A stretch of DNA of 63,126 bases, counting the filler, from Rhabdomonas costata (lineage: Eukaryota), in the NCBI GenBank assembly GCA_019059605.1. It is 51 parts of 51 records of this genome, joined end to end, with 100 filler letters (N's around TTAATTAATTAA, not from the genome) between each part and the next. Parts side by side here need not be neighbours in the genome. Positions count along the whole stretch, not along the records: positions 12,400 to 13,539 come from JAHMHO010026619.1; positions 13,640 to 14,779 come from JAHMHO010026620.1; positions 14,880 to 16,019 come from JAHMHO010026621.1; positions 16,120 to 17,257 come from JAHMHO010026622.1; positions 17,358 to 18,497 come from JAHMHO010026623.1; positions 18,598 to 19,737 come from JAHMHO010026624.1; positions 19,838 to 20,977 come from JAHMHO010026625.1; positions 21,078 to 22,218 come from JAHMHO010026626.1; 43 more parts are not named here. One strand, given 5' to 3'. Both the position numbers and the translations under genes were made by a program. Under the pieces are notes generated by a model, which made no database searches, was not told the DNA's origin, and worked only from the letters and a program-made list of their open reading frames with translations. Shown piece after piece: positions 12,935-25,683 of this stretch (positions are counted from its first letter, which is position 1; every line of letters begins with the position of its first letter).

Positions 12935-14026
12935 GTGTTTCGCCCCCACCCCCCAATTTTCCCGAAGACCCCGAAGACGGTAATCAGGGGGCGAGGGGCA
13001 AACACTTCTCCAGCGAGGTCGTCGGTGATATTCTTGAAGCGTGAAGAGGATGAATGTTTGCACGTGAGACCAGCGAACGAAGCAAAAAAGGCCCCACTGT
13101 TTCTGAGTCACAAATGCGTTGTTGATTGGAACATACCAGAAAGAGAGAGAGAGAGGCAGAAAAGATGCCGCGAAACATTTGTGCTTGCATGAATTCCACG
13201 CTACTGTGGGGATTCCAAACGTGCAGACTCCGGACATCCCACACAAATTCAACTCAGTTCATTTTGGGGACCTCTCCTGTCGATTTGTGACTTCTTAACA
13301 TGTTTTCACATCTGTTTCAAAGGTTCCGAAAGGCCGGAGCTCGATTCTCCGACAGCGAGGTATGTGCATGCAGAGTCCGTCTGTGCAGGGGTTTGGTATG
13401 TTTTCGGTCTTCTTTTTATCAGTTATATCTGCCTGCCAAGCAGTCCGGAGCTTTTCTCCCGGCTTTCGGCGCGGTGTCCTTGGGCCCCTGGGGTTCAGAA
13501 TTCACTGTAACTTTATTGATCTCAGCGCAACACCCGCGANNNNNNNNNNNNNNNNNNNNNNNNNNNNNNNNNNNNNNNNNNNNTTAATTAATTAANNNNN
13601 NNNNNNNNNNNNNNNNNNNNNNNNNNNNNNNNNNNNNNNGTGGTGGTTTCATGTTCCACATCTATGGTCCTCATCAAAATTTACTGCGTCATGGATGTTC
13701 GTAAAGCGAGAATGGAAGCTCTGGTTAACCCTTAAATTTTGACCACAATGGCTCGCAAGCGCACGATCCACCTCCCTCCTACCGGCTTCACTTCAATTCA
13801 ACTTGGATAGAGTTTCAGTCGTTGTTGCAAAACGTTTGGAAGATTTAAGTTGAAAAGCCATTCTCCGTCACTCATCCCCTTCCCTCCTTTTCAGTGTTAA
13901 AAAAACGGGTGGTGGTGGTGGTGGTAGTGCTTCTGGTGAGTGCGTCCTCCTCCTTCCTCTGCGTGTGCCCATTGTTTGCAGTGCCCCCTGGCTGCAGTGG
14001 CGTGACCCACACCCCACAAAATACAC

Positions 14027-14559
14027 CTGGCTGCATGGTGCTCGCTTCGCTTGCGCGGCAGCTGGGTTGTAGATCACCGCGTACAGATCCGGCTGCAGGT
14101 CCACGCAAAGCCTCTGCAAAAAAAACCAAGCAGCGGAGTATGAGGTCCGGAGATGCAACGTTACCCACTCCACGAGTCCCAAAAGGGTATTAACTCCGAA
14201 TGTTCCAGTACACAGAAATTCACATTGTCAAGGCTTCCACTGAAATCTGTCACATCCAACTGTCTACTCACTACCAATTGATCATGGAGGTGAATGTTAG
14301 CGCGCTTCATACGAATGATACGCGGTGGATAACAGTGAACCGTTTCCGCGTGTGAACCTCTTGTACGGTTGCCTGCACAACAGAAACTAAACACATACTG
14401 CATATGTCGCATAAGTTGTCGTGACCCTTGCTTTTTGTGTTTCTCTGTTGAATTGGCAATTGAAGTCTCGCAGCAACCCTGAACGTGAGGAGCAGGAGTG
14501 GAATACCCCTCCGAATTTACGCAGAAGGGCCTCCACTCGCAACCTCAGAGGCGCGGGCA
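14027..14559 (-). CDS. Two small exons (14559-14507, 14113-14027), BRCT-like pattern
   Basis: GT-AG splice yields LRLRVEALLRKFGG-RLCVDLQPDLYAVI; the helix-GG-strand pattern resembles BRCT. Confidence 0.3.
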
Positions 14560-17500
14560 CTTGAGGTGCCACAAAGAAGGAGTGCCCGCTCCACTGCCGC
14601 TGTGTGTCCGTAAAAAATCCACAGCAGAAAAAAAAGAAGAGACAACACACCCATACACATTTCCGGTGCAACACGTTCACAATTCAATTTCAACTCAACA
14701 TCTATATTGCACGTTTTGCAACTCTGCGACTTCCTGTGAGCAAACCTGAACTCAGAACGGGAGTTGATGCCCCACAAACNNNNNNNNNNNNNNNNNNNNN
14801 NNNNNNNNNNNNNNNNNNNNNNNTTAATTAATTAANNNNNNNNNNNNNNNNNNNNNNNNNNNNNNNNNNNNNNNNNNNNGTGGTGGGGGGGCATTAATGC
14901 ACTTGCCGAAATCGAAGACACAGTTGCTGCTTATGGGCAAATCTTCCCACTTTTGCCTACCCATGTGCCTAGTTTTGGCTATTCTTGAGCACTTTTTGGC
15001 CGTTTTAGGTCAAATTTAACTTCTTGTGGTGGTGGTGGGGGCTCCAAGAGACTTCACAAGGGAGCAAGGGAAGGTCATGGCGCAAAAAGAAATTTCAGGG
15101 GAGGACTGCGCTTTAGCAGCAAAAAGAGGCCTTGGGCAAGGTGTACCAGAAAGTTTCGGTTGGCCATTTTTTTACCATGGAGAGGGGACCCTTCCTAAAC
15201 TGAGGCAATTATTGCAACAAAAACAAGCTTAGGTGTGACGGTCTGTAACCTGTCTGTAAAATTATGGCTGTTTAGCCTCCCCCATTCAAAAAACACAAAC
15301 AAACACAAACACATCAAACACAACCAAATACCATATATCAAATCAGAAAGACCCTATGAACGAATGATGCCAGACAAAGTAAATGAGTTGCCTTCGCAAG
15401 GCAGAGATGCAATTGTCACAAAGGCTTCAGTATAATTAGACGGCAAACATACACCAACGGTTTAGCAATATAGGTTTCAAGTTGAGCTGAGAAATGAATT
15501 GTTCCACTGCTGTTGTAAGAAACGTGCCCAAAGGACCTCGGAACTCCATTTGAATTAGGTGGGGGGGGGCAGGTTGAAAGATTTCCGAGCATTAAATCCC
15601 AGAAAAAATCCGCCAAAAAACTGCCCCATACGTCAATTCCGAACGCCAGTGTAGGCGCAGCAACACCAATGCCCCTATTTTTGAAGTTTTGTTCCTCGCC
15701 GTTTAACGTCACAACCGTTCGACAATCCATCGCTACAATGCACAGCACCAGTGCAACATCATTACTGTGGTTGTTGTCGTTCCAGTGAACAGCGTCTCAA
15801 CAATTTTCCCAGAAAATCCGTGCGGCGTGGTAAAAGACAACCCTTCAGAGTCAAGCAGGGTCATTCAGTCACTTTTGAAACAACAGCGATCAACCTACAG
15901 ATCCAAAAAAAAAAAATAAACTGCACTCAAGGACTGGAGGACTCGTCAAACCAGTTAAGTACAAGAAAACGGCTGAAACGGGTTCCCGTTTCAATAGTCT
16001 CTCTCTCTTACCAAACCCCNNNNNNNNNNNNNNNNNNNNNNNNNNNNNNNNNNNNNNNNNNNNTTAATTAATTAANNNNNNNNNNNNNNNNNNNNNNNNN
16101 NNNNNNNNNNNNNNNNNNNTGTGTGTGTGCTGGAGAAGCTAATGTGCTGGGCGAGCTCAGAAGGAAGGGTGCCCGTCAAACCGCGGTTTTTATGCTCCAG
16201 TGAGGTTTTCTAAGGTTTCTAAGGTTTTCTAAGGACCGGCAGTAGGAGGAAGGGGTGGCCATTATGCCGTGTTCATGAAATGTCTCTGTGTGTGTGTGCT
16301 TGCATGGTCTGCCGGATGAGATATCACTGCTAAGCTAATCCTTCTTTTCATACTGCATACGAAAAAAGTACGCATCCCGACTCGTATCATGACGCACCAT
16401 TTTTGCCATTTTTGGTGGTTGACTGGTTCAGCAGAATCTTCTTTGAGGGTTGGAACCTCGTACATTCCTCCCATCTCGAAAGTCTCGGACTGTCCCCATA
16501 ACAATCGGGTAAAATTTGTGATGGGATGACAGCAGCTGAACAGTGTGCGTTGTATGGCCGCCCGTGCAGACTGCGCGCACTTCGGCGCACGCTGGTTGCT
16601 ACTTTTTTTTGTTATTTGGCGTACAGAAGCTGTGCAAACAGGTGTTATAGGTTGTGGGTCAGTACCCACAAAGTCTCATCGCCTTCAGGGCGTGATATCA
16701 CGTCTCATAGCTCTTTTCTACTCAAGCACTTTATTTTTTGGAAAAGATACCTTTGAAAAAACAAGGAAGGTTTTGACGTCAGAGAAACTTGAAACTGGCC
16801 TTGCCCTCCATTCCAAAGGAACGCCCGTAGAGAAATGTGGTGTGTGGTGTGGGGGGGGGCAGCTCTTTGGCGTCTGTCTTCCTCAGCAATGTGCTTAACT
16901 TTCTGTCTTGTTTTTTGGAAAATTGTTCGTGGAAATTTGTGGGAGTGTCATATTCTAGCTAGAGGCATCAATGCGGACAAGAGCACAAGGTTGGTTTTAC
17001 ACAGCAGCACCAATGACACGAGGAAACAGCAAAAAAGACTGTGAAGAGGGAGAGGAAAGGCTTCGAAGAAGCGGGCCATACGATGACGTCGAGAGTCAAA
17101 GACATCTGTCTTTTCAATTATCCGCTGTCTTGAAGCCATGTTCTTCGGTTGTCTTCTCTCCCAACAAAGAAGGAGGTCGAAAGCGATGATCATGATGATG
17201 AGGGGGATGGAAGTCAGGAAGAGGATGGACGCGCCGAAGAGCCCATCACAACAACAANNNNNNNNNNNNNNNNNNNNNNNNNNNNNNNNNNNNNNNNNNN
17301 NTTAATTAATTAANNNNNNNNNNNNNNNNNNNNNNNNNNNNNNNNNNNNNNNNNNNNGTGGTGTGATGAAAAGACAGAAAGGGAACACATACAGAGTCAT
17401 GTGGAGCAACTCCTCCCACGTAATTCCGCTCAGGTCATATGTCATTCTGCCAGTGTACCCTTTTCGCGCTTCACCCTAAAAGCGTATAGCACGTTCCACA

Positions 17501-17634
17501 GCGTAGAAAACCACATCAGAGAAAAAAATACGCAGCATTCCGCAAGGCACAATCCCTCAACTCCTGTGACTTGTACCTCGAAGACTTGCATGCACTTTCG
17601 TGCGATACCCTGTCGCCTTTCTGCCTCCACGCAG

Positions 17635-17959
17635 GTTTTCGATCCTGATGACTCGCAAGGATGGCGAGGAAGGCCTGGTGGAGATTATCCGGGAGGTCCG
17701 CAACGAGCGGGCCACCCCGGCCTCACCCTCGACCACTGAACCCCCTGCCCCGGGCACCGCCGTGTCGCAGACCTCCCAGCAGTACAAGAAGGTCGAGAAG
17801 GAGCTGCCCCTGACCCCGGCGATGCAGAAGGAGCGGGGATCCTCCTCTGTGCTCACCCACACCCGGGTCACCTTGGCGTTCCCCGTGGGCGCGGTGAGGC
17901 CGCAGTTGGTGTTCGCGTTCTTGCCGGTGCGAGAGTATGGCTTCAAGTTCGTCATTCAG
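17635..17959 (+). CDS. Exon of NO VEIN/sacsin-like (HSP90-type ATPase-associated) protein
   Basis: cgcag|...cag|gtgtcc; TRVTLAFP...QLVFAFLPVREYGFKFVIQ matches the family motif VFAFLPxRxYGxxFxxQ. Confidence 0.8.
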
Positions 17960-19376
17960 GTGTCCTGGGCGTTCCATGGGAGCGCTGAGAGAAATGTCCT
18001 GAGAAGCTTCTTTCAGTTTTTTTTTTCCAGTTTATGATAATTGGAAAGTTCTTTGATTTCTTTGGTTGTTGTTGTTGTGGTGGTGGGGTTGACTCGTACG
18101 GCTGACCTGCTCGACCCCCTACCCTCTATGTGTTATACCGTTTCAAACAGAAAAGTCAGCACGGTAAAAAAATATGAAATGACTGGCAAAACGTCCCACC
18201 TCACACTGGAGAAGAGGGCGTTCGGGAAAGGCCAAATGCTGTAATACAGACTCACAAACTGGGGCTCGCGTACCAAAAGGAAGCATGCGCACATTGGGAC
18301 TCCGCCTGATGTCAGGCGCAGAGCCAGAGGGTCCCTACTCATCAGAAAATCAATTCAAATTCAACCTTTTGATGTTTCGCTCGACTGCTGATTCTTTTTG
18401 GAACTCTTTCGTTCTGAAATTGTTATTTCGTCTCCTTAAGCAATTTCAACTCTTCAAAAAACCAGTGACTGCATCCGGCCGCCTGCTTCATCACAAANNN
18501 NNNNNNNNNNNNNNNNNNNNNNNNNNNNNNNNNNNNNNNNNTTAATTAATTAANNNNNNNNNNNNNNNNNNNNNNNNNNNNNNNNNNNNNNNNNNNNGGG
18601 TGGTGGTGTACAAAAGGAGCAAGGGCAACCGGGAAACCTATCCGATCGGCATTAACAGGGTCCCAGTTTCATTGCAAGGTTTTAGAAATTTTTAATTTTT
18701 TTGTTCAGAAGTTGCGGTTTGAACGCAATCAGTCGTAACAAAAAACAGTTCCTGCGGAGTCATGAGACGGTCCGTGTAATTCTTTGCGATCAAAGAGGTG
18801 CGCGTGTTGACCGAGGGTCATCACATTGTATCGGGAGTATAGAATGTTGGGTTCATTGTTGGGAAATTTCTTTATCTCGTGGGTGTTTATGGTAACCAGG
18901 AAGAAGGGGAGGTTCGTACGGAGGAGTACACCCGTCGAGGCAGTTGTTTTCGGCGACCTCCAAGAGGTCGCCCAGAGGACTTCCCCAAGGGTCCCGTGAC
19001 GATGCAGGACTTGAAGGACTTGAAGGCTGGAAAACGCTTGGTTTCACTTTGGGAAAAGGAACGGGTTGGGTTGGCTGGGGGAATCCACCTTCCTATCACT
19101 GTCATGTTAAGGGGCTCTCTGCCCCCAGGCCTGCTTCGGTGTAGCCCTCTTGGTCCCGTTTATGTGTGTGTGGCATCTCTGCTGTCTTTTCGGGACTTCT
19201 GATTTCTATTAGCCTTTTGGGTTCATGAAAGCCAATAGATTAAGTGAGGGACTAAATGACCAGTGTGAGTTGTACAAGGGATTATGTGAATGGCAGAATC
19301 AGGGTATCTTCTTCCATGGCCACAAAAATCCGAGAAAACAAGTGCTGAACCTGCTTCATTTTTTCTGTGAATGCAG

Positions 19377-19651
19377 GCGATCAATTTGAAGACAGGCGCA
19401 CCGTCGTGGAATGCGATGCAGCGTCCATTCCGCAAGAAGAAGTATGAGTTTGTGAGAAAGACCGTCGCCGAATTGCGGGAAAAGGGCTGGGTCGTGGAGC
19501 AGAAATCTGAGTACAACAGCCCTCTAAAGGTCTGCCCGAAGCCGAACGGGAAGCTTCGATTGATTCTGGACCTCTCTGCCTTCAACGACGCGTCCGAGCA
19601 GATACGGCCATGCTACCCTGACATGAAGAGCATCCTTTCCGTCATGGCGAA
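19377..19651 (+). mobile_element. Reverse transcriptase N-terminal fragment of LTR/DIRS-type retroelement origin
   Basis: INLKTG...VAELREKGWV...SEYNSPLKVCPKPNGKLRLILDLSAFN matches RT motifs 1-2 of Ty3/Gypsy- and DIRS-type elements. Confidence 0.8.
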
Positions 19652-19859
19652 GTATAACTTGAGCACTTGGATAGGACGTCTGAGGGACACTTTGTGAAGC
19701 TTGGGAGTCCAGGAGGGAACCCTCACTACACCAACCCNNNNNNNNNNNNNNNNNNNNNNNNNNNNNNNNNNNNNNNNNNNNTTAATTAATTAANNNNNNN
19801 NNNNNNNNNNNNNNNNNNNNNNNNNNNNNNNNNNNNNTTTTTTGTTTTCCAAGTTTCAG

Positions 19860-20595
19860 AGGTCACTCAACCTCGCTGCACAAGCCAGAGGCGGCGTGGG
19901 TACGGGCACGGACTACCATGGCAGCCCGATCTACGCCGCCTCTGGCTTGTGCAGCGAGGTTGAGTGACCTCTGAAACTTGGAAAAGAAAAAATTGAACTG
20001 TGAAGTGAAGAGCGTAGTCGGTAAGAAGTAGGCCGAAATGCGTGTAAATGGAATAAAGGCTTAGCTGTGTACGTATGTAATGGGTTTCGGTGCCGAAAAC
20101 GCTGTTGTTCCTGTGGCCGTTCCTTTTTCACCACTCTCTGCCGTATATGTTGTCTGCTGAACTGTCGTGGGTCGGCACCCCATTTGTGCGGGGTTTGTAA
20201 ATTTCGGTTTCTCTGTGTGTTTGTGAAACACTGCTGTTCCCAAGGAAGTATGACCTCACCCCCTCATCACGACCGCGAGTCCAGCGCCGGAGCGTGTCCG
20301 GAAAGGCCAGCAATTCTTTCCTCTCCTCCTCCGTCGCCGCCGACCGCGGGTAGGTGCACATAAGCATTTCTGTTTGGCCGGCTCTCGCGCAGCTCAGCGT
20401 CGGTCTTGTGCTGAAGGTGGACCGCAGCGAGGTGGAGTGGCCACTGATTGTGAACCTTCTGATTGTGCTGCTCACCGCGGTGGGCATCACTGCCCTGGGG
20501 ATCCTGGGTCTGGTTGTTCTTTCGGAGCACATGCTTCACTCCCTGGAGGATACCTGGGCCAAGGGCAAGCAGGCCGTGGAAGAGCAAAAGGAGAG
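19860..20595 (+). CDS. Membrane sensor: end of Cache-like extracellular domain plus TM helix; exons 19860-19958 and 20393-20595
   Basis: Phase-0 splice gives GVGTGTDYHGSPIYAA...-LSVGLVLKVDRSEV, then a hydrophobic helix and a charged coil; resembles Cache DYxGxxVxAA...GLVVKIDxxE. Confidence 0.6.
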
Positions 20596-22541
20596 GTGTC
20601 CGCGGCTCGCTACCCGTACCACCATATTTCACAATTCAACCCCAAAGCTCGCTTTTGGAATGAATAATGAAGGTTTTCCTCCTTTTTTTTTGCCCAAAAA
20701 AGCTTCCTGGGGCCGAAGCCGAAGCGTCGCGTGTTTCTTGTATTGCGCAGCTTATTCCAATCTCTGTGAGGTCAACTGTGCACTCCTCCCTGACGGCAAC
20801 TCTTCTGGCGGCTTCTTCCTCTTTTCCTTTTTGCAGTTTTTCCTTTGCTGCGGAAGAGTCACCGATCACTTGTCACCCGTGAAGTGCCAAAGGGAGGCGA
20901 TTGGTGGAACACCCTTACCTTGGAAAGAACTCAGAGCCTCCATATGCGTTCCTGTTCCTCCCTGATCCCCACACACCNNNNNNNNNNNNNNNNNNNNNNN
21001 NNNNNNNNNNNNNNNNNNNNNTTAATTAATTAANNNNNNNNNNNNNNNNNNNNNNNNNNNNNNNNNNNNNNNNNNNNGGGGGGGTGTTGGTCTCAGGTAC
21101 TCATTGATTTTTCTATCGGAACCTATGCCCTATTAGTACCATGACTGATGTGAACTGTGCTTTCAGTCAATGACGTGGTTTAATTTATGGTGGAATTTAC
21201 CAAGAAATATGGAAAGGTGCGTGGAAATTACCACAAAGTACAGTCTTGTATGCAGTCTAACAAGCTTGCCATGAAGGCGGGATTATTGCGTTACCATGAA
21301 AGTGTGACCATTGGACACTTTCACCTGAAAACGGTGTTTTTGCTACCACGGCAACGTGCAGAAACAACAACCCCATTGGGAATGTGGCACTTATTCATCA
21401 AATGTAGATGCAACTGCAAAACTATCGGTTATATAGTGGTGAAATTAAATTTAGTGAGTCAACTACAGCCAAAGTTGCTCATAGCATAATTTTCAAGTCT
21501 TTGGATAAAACCGCAACTGGCGCTGCAATTGAGTACGTGTTGCTGGTGTGTCCGAGAGTGCCACAACTTGGTGGGTTTTAGATAATAACCTGGTCCATTA
21601 CATGGGAACATAGTGCATCAGCCGAGCGGGCTGGTTTTTGTCACGAAGGCCTGGTATTAAAAAGTTTTGATTTTTGGAAGTTCGGAAAACAATGCATGGT
21701 ACGGGACACAATACTGTTACCGATACTCAAGATTCTACAAAGCTGGATAAGGCACTTGGAAAAATCAGTGACAAAGTCAATGCGGATCCGCATAGCAGGT
21801 CTGCTCCACCTGTCATGGCGGTAAGCATGCATCGGGATCTTTGATGAGTCCTTACCATATAGCACTCATAGTTCTATCTGCTGAAGCACTCCGCATGCAT
21901 CAAAAAGCAATTGACTCTCTCTGGGCATGATTGTAATCCATGCAACTCGATGGAGCGTTGTTGTGGGTTCTCCGCAAGCAACCTAACACAATCCCGACGG
22001 ATGTGCATTCTGCAACAAGGATACGGCTTAAACTCTCCGCACGTCTGACATCACTCTTCCGACTGCGTTGTTGCTTATTGACTTCTTATCTTTACTAAAA
22101 CAAGAAAGGAACTCTCCTCAAGAAACTTGCTCAATAAAAGAAGTTACTCTTTAGCACTGACCCTGTGTGTGGCGTGAAAAACGTCACAAACGGTGTGTAC
22201 GGCCGCTTCAAAACAACCNNNNNNNNNNNNNNNNNNNNNNNNNNNNNNNNNNNNNNNNNNNNTTAATTAATTAANNNNNNNNNNNNNNNNNNNNNNNNNN
22301 NNNNNNNNNNNNNNNNNNGGGGGTTGCAAGCAGAGGAGGTTGGCAGGGGCAGAGGCGTTGGCGATTGTTTTTGTGTGGGCGTACGCGTCTGCGAACACGG
22401 AGTAGGCACAGCATGCATACGCGCACTGAAGTTCGAACAAAAGACCGTTCGTGGTGCAAAAGAAGTCCTCAACCCTTGCAACCTTGCACCTCCACACCTT
22501 ACCAACCCCCCGTTCATTAGCGACCCATCGGCCAGAGGGAC

Positions 22542-22718
22542 CTGCACGTAGAGGTGGTCCACCATGGCCTCGATCTGCTCCTTGTTCAGCGTTCGCAGCT
22601 CAGGCAGCGCGGCCTCCTTGGCGAGCTGCTCCTGCCGCTTCTGCTCCAGCGCCTTGCGGCGCTCCAGGCTCTGGTAGTACAGGTGCTGCGCAAGGGTCTC
22701 CTGCTCCTCCGGGCTGAG
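22542..22718 (-). CDS. Exon of coiled-coil protein with two LxxE(E/Q)...HLY repeats (function unknown)
   Basis: AG/GT-bounded GC-rich exon: LSPEEQETLAQHLY...LNKEQIEAMVDHLY. Confidence 0.6.
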
Positions 22719-23803
22719 CTGAGCCACATCCCCCCGTCCACCCCGCAAATGAAAACTGCTTGCACAAAGGCATGACTTCTTTTTGGAGGTTTGGAGGTTA
22801 CCTCTCCCACCACTCCATTACCGCTGCTTTCGAGCCCTATTTCTTTGCCTAATTTTCTTACTAGGGTAAAATCTGGCGCTCTAAAAACAGCGGTTTGACG
22901 GGTGCCCAGCGCCACTTGTCAGCCTTGTTGTCTCTTCACCGCAGTGGACAGGCCTCCTCACCACGACGGTCTTCGTCACATTGATTGGGATCTCTCCGTT
23001 GAAACGGCACACTGGAGCTTCGGTGACGCGGAATTTTTGCCACTCTGTGCCCCAATCCTGAGACCTCCCCGAAATCCTCTGCTTCTAACCAAGGTGAGTG
23101 CAGCGGCTGCAGCGATTCTGCGGGATACTCGCCGTCAACGGCTTCTGCTGTCTCCACAGGGGTGCAGTTACGACACGTGCAGAAGGTATCCTCACCATTT
23201 TCTGGGTGTTCCGACTCCTCTTTCCTCCTTGGAAACTCCTGGAAATCCTGGAATTGGGAACCTTGGATCACCACTGATACTCCTCTGGTGCTCGTTTCTT
23301 TATGGAGCACCCCAAACCTTCGCATGAGAACCCTAAGCAGTCGTAGGCGACCCACTCTGCATGCACGCACACACTGCACGCACCAGGCACTGTTGGCGCA
23401 TGCCCCCCCCCCACACACATCTACATCATACGCGATCTCTAAAACAGAGGACCAAACCNNNNNNNNNNNNNNNNNNNNNNNNNNNNNNNNNNNNNNNNNN
23501 NNTTAATTAATTAANNNNNNNNNNNNNNNNNNNNNNNNNNNNNNNNNNNNNNNNNNNNTGTTGGTGTGTTTGGGGGTGGGGGGGTGTAGGTCGATGAAGG
23601 TCTTTGGGTCTAAACATATCCGTTACCCTACCCAGCACCTCAAGGACGGTTACTGTCGTGTTGAGAACATCTTGCTGTGTCGTGAAGGCGTCTTGCAACA
23701 GTGTCTTTCTGAAATCCAGCGCTGCTTTGAAGACTGCGATTCGATGGGGTGTTGCGGCAACTTTTTTTTTGGGAGGGGGGTCTGATTGCGTGATGCTGCA
23801 CAG

Positions 23804-23897
23804 CTTCAAAGCATTTCCGGTGGTGAGCTTCAGCGGGTCGCCATTGTTCTGGCCCTGGGAAAGCCCGCGGATGTCTACCTACTGGACGAGCCCTCGG
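23804..23897 (+). CDS. ABCE1: Exon of ABC-E ATPase (RNase L inhibitor/RLI1), second NBD
   Basis: cacag|[31 protein letters not shown]|gt, near-identical to the ABCE1 signature. Confidence 0.93.
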
Positions 23898-24070
23898 GTG
23901 CCGATCTTTTCTTCTTTTTTTTTACTGCGAGGTTATCGATATTGCGGGTGAGGAAACAACACCCGAACGAGAGGCATCGTTTTCAAACGCAATCGAGGCG
24001 AAAAGCAGAGCCATGGAAAGGCGACAGAAGCATCCCCCGTGTATGAGAGAGAGAGAGATGGACCTTTCTC

Positions 24071-24290
24071 GCGACTGCTCGAGACTTCTTCATCTCCAGG
24101 CAACTTATGTCCCCAACTGGCCCTCATGTTCCAGAGGGGAAGACCTAGTTGGGGTGGGGCCAGAGGTGTCCTCATCCTAACGCCTAATGGAGAGTAGTGT
24201 GTTAGACGTGTTAGACTGTGATATGATTCGAGGCTACTTGTATGCCTGAAAGTATCCGTACCAGTGTTCTCATCCTGTAACCCCGCACCT
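24071..24290 (+). repeat. Dispersed ~220-bp repeat, copy A
   Basis: Shares actgctc...caggcaactt(a/g)tgtcccca...gggccagag...(c/t)taac(g/c)ccta blocks with 51031-51265 and 55893-56111. Confidence 0.8.
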
Positions 24291-25393
24291 CGCGCATCCA
24301 GAGCCCGACCCATCCTCCGATTCCACATGCGAAGCATCCCCCCCCCCAAAAAAAAAATCAACCTCCTGCGTCCAAGGCAGGCGGACATGGTGCCTTGCTG
24401 ATCATGACCCAACCACTCCCCCAGGGTCGAAATGCCAGTCACTCCAGTAAGACATCAGATCATCCAGCTGCTCAACCCAAAGTTCACCCCTTTCACCTCA
24501 CTTACACTCTCTCCTTCTCTCACACTCTCTCTCGCTGGCGACGGAGGCCCCCCTTGGGAGGTGTGGGTCGAACCAGCATTCTCTCCAAAGGATACGGAGA
24601 ATGGAGCGGGAGCGGGAGCTTTCGCTACGACGAGTTCGACGGGGCCCCCGCTGACCAAGCTTTAGTTTTCTTAGGAATAGGTCCTGCACCCCCCAACCNN
24701 NNNNNNNNNNNNNNNNNNNNNNNNNNNNNNNNNNNNNNNNNNTTAATTAATTAANNNNNNNNNNNNNNNNNNNNNNNNNNNNNNNNNNNNNNNNNNNNGT
24801 TGTTGTGGGAGGAGGGGGGGGCTGGAGCCGGCGCATAGGAAAGGTGGAAGGGCAGGGAGCCAAAAAGAAACGAAGACATGGCCGTGAGGACCCATTGCCA
24901 ACCTTCTCCTCATGGAACCGCATTCCAGCAGTCGTCCTGAAACTGTCTGCATGAGGAGGAAAGCGATTGCCATCCACATCTGCGTTTCGGGCTGTTTGCT
25001 AAACTATCGTCTTGACGGGGGTTGGGATGCAGCCTGATTCCCACGGCGACGAGGTTGCTGAGAGCCGATCCTCTGATCCCCCACAGTGAGGAGTGACTTT
25101 TCCGATTGTTCCGCACTGTTAAATGGATGGAAATTTGCATGCTACAAGAAACCGATGGCGCTGTGAGTTTCAGGGTACAGTGGGCAGTAAGTTTCAGAAC
25201 ACCAAAACGTTCCCAACACCACCTGTGCGGCGCAGCAGCGCCCAAAGCTAACAAAAGTGCGTCCAACCCAACAACCTAAAACGCATAGTACAAAAGAGCA
25301 AAACCACAATGTCCCTGATCGTTGACAAACGATATGAGGGCTTTGCAAGGACCAGGATCTGGGGAGGAATCACTGGCCCTTCTCTAAGTTCAC

Positions 25394-25683
25394 CTACTCG
25401 CCGGAGAACCACTCCGACATCATCCGCCATAGCACAGAGAACAGCGTGCCCTGAAGCACATTCACCACCAGTCGGGTCTTCAGCCCACGCAGAAACAGCC
25501 CCGACAGCCCATCCTGCGCCAGGATCTGCATCACAAGCTCCCGGTACGAGATGCCTGCCACCGGGTGGGTTTGCTTCGCCGTCTTCACCACTCGCAGGGA
25601 GTTTGCGCAGCAATCCGCGACCACGGTGGAGGTGCACCCCATCACGGCACTGCGGAACACCTTCCAGCCTATCGCCCCCCTCC
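25394..25683 (-). CDS. Last exon of mitochondrial carrier family protein
   Basis: ctgcag|...NSLRVVKTAKQ...ISY...DGLSGLFLRGLKTRLVVNVLQGTLFSVLW...stop. Confidence 0.85.

Noticed and set aside
21641-21865. RIRIDFVTDF as a Gypsy integrase remnant
   Set aside because: A single short motif; the flanking HHCC and DDE residues are not recoverable.
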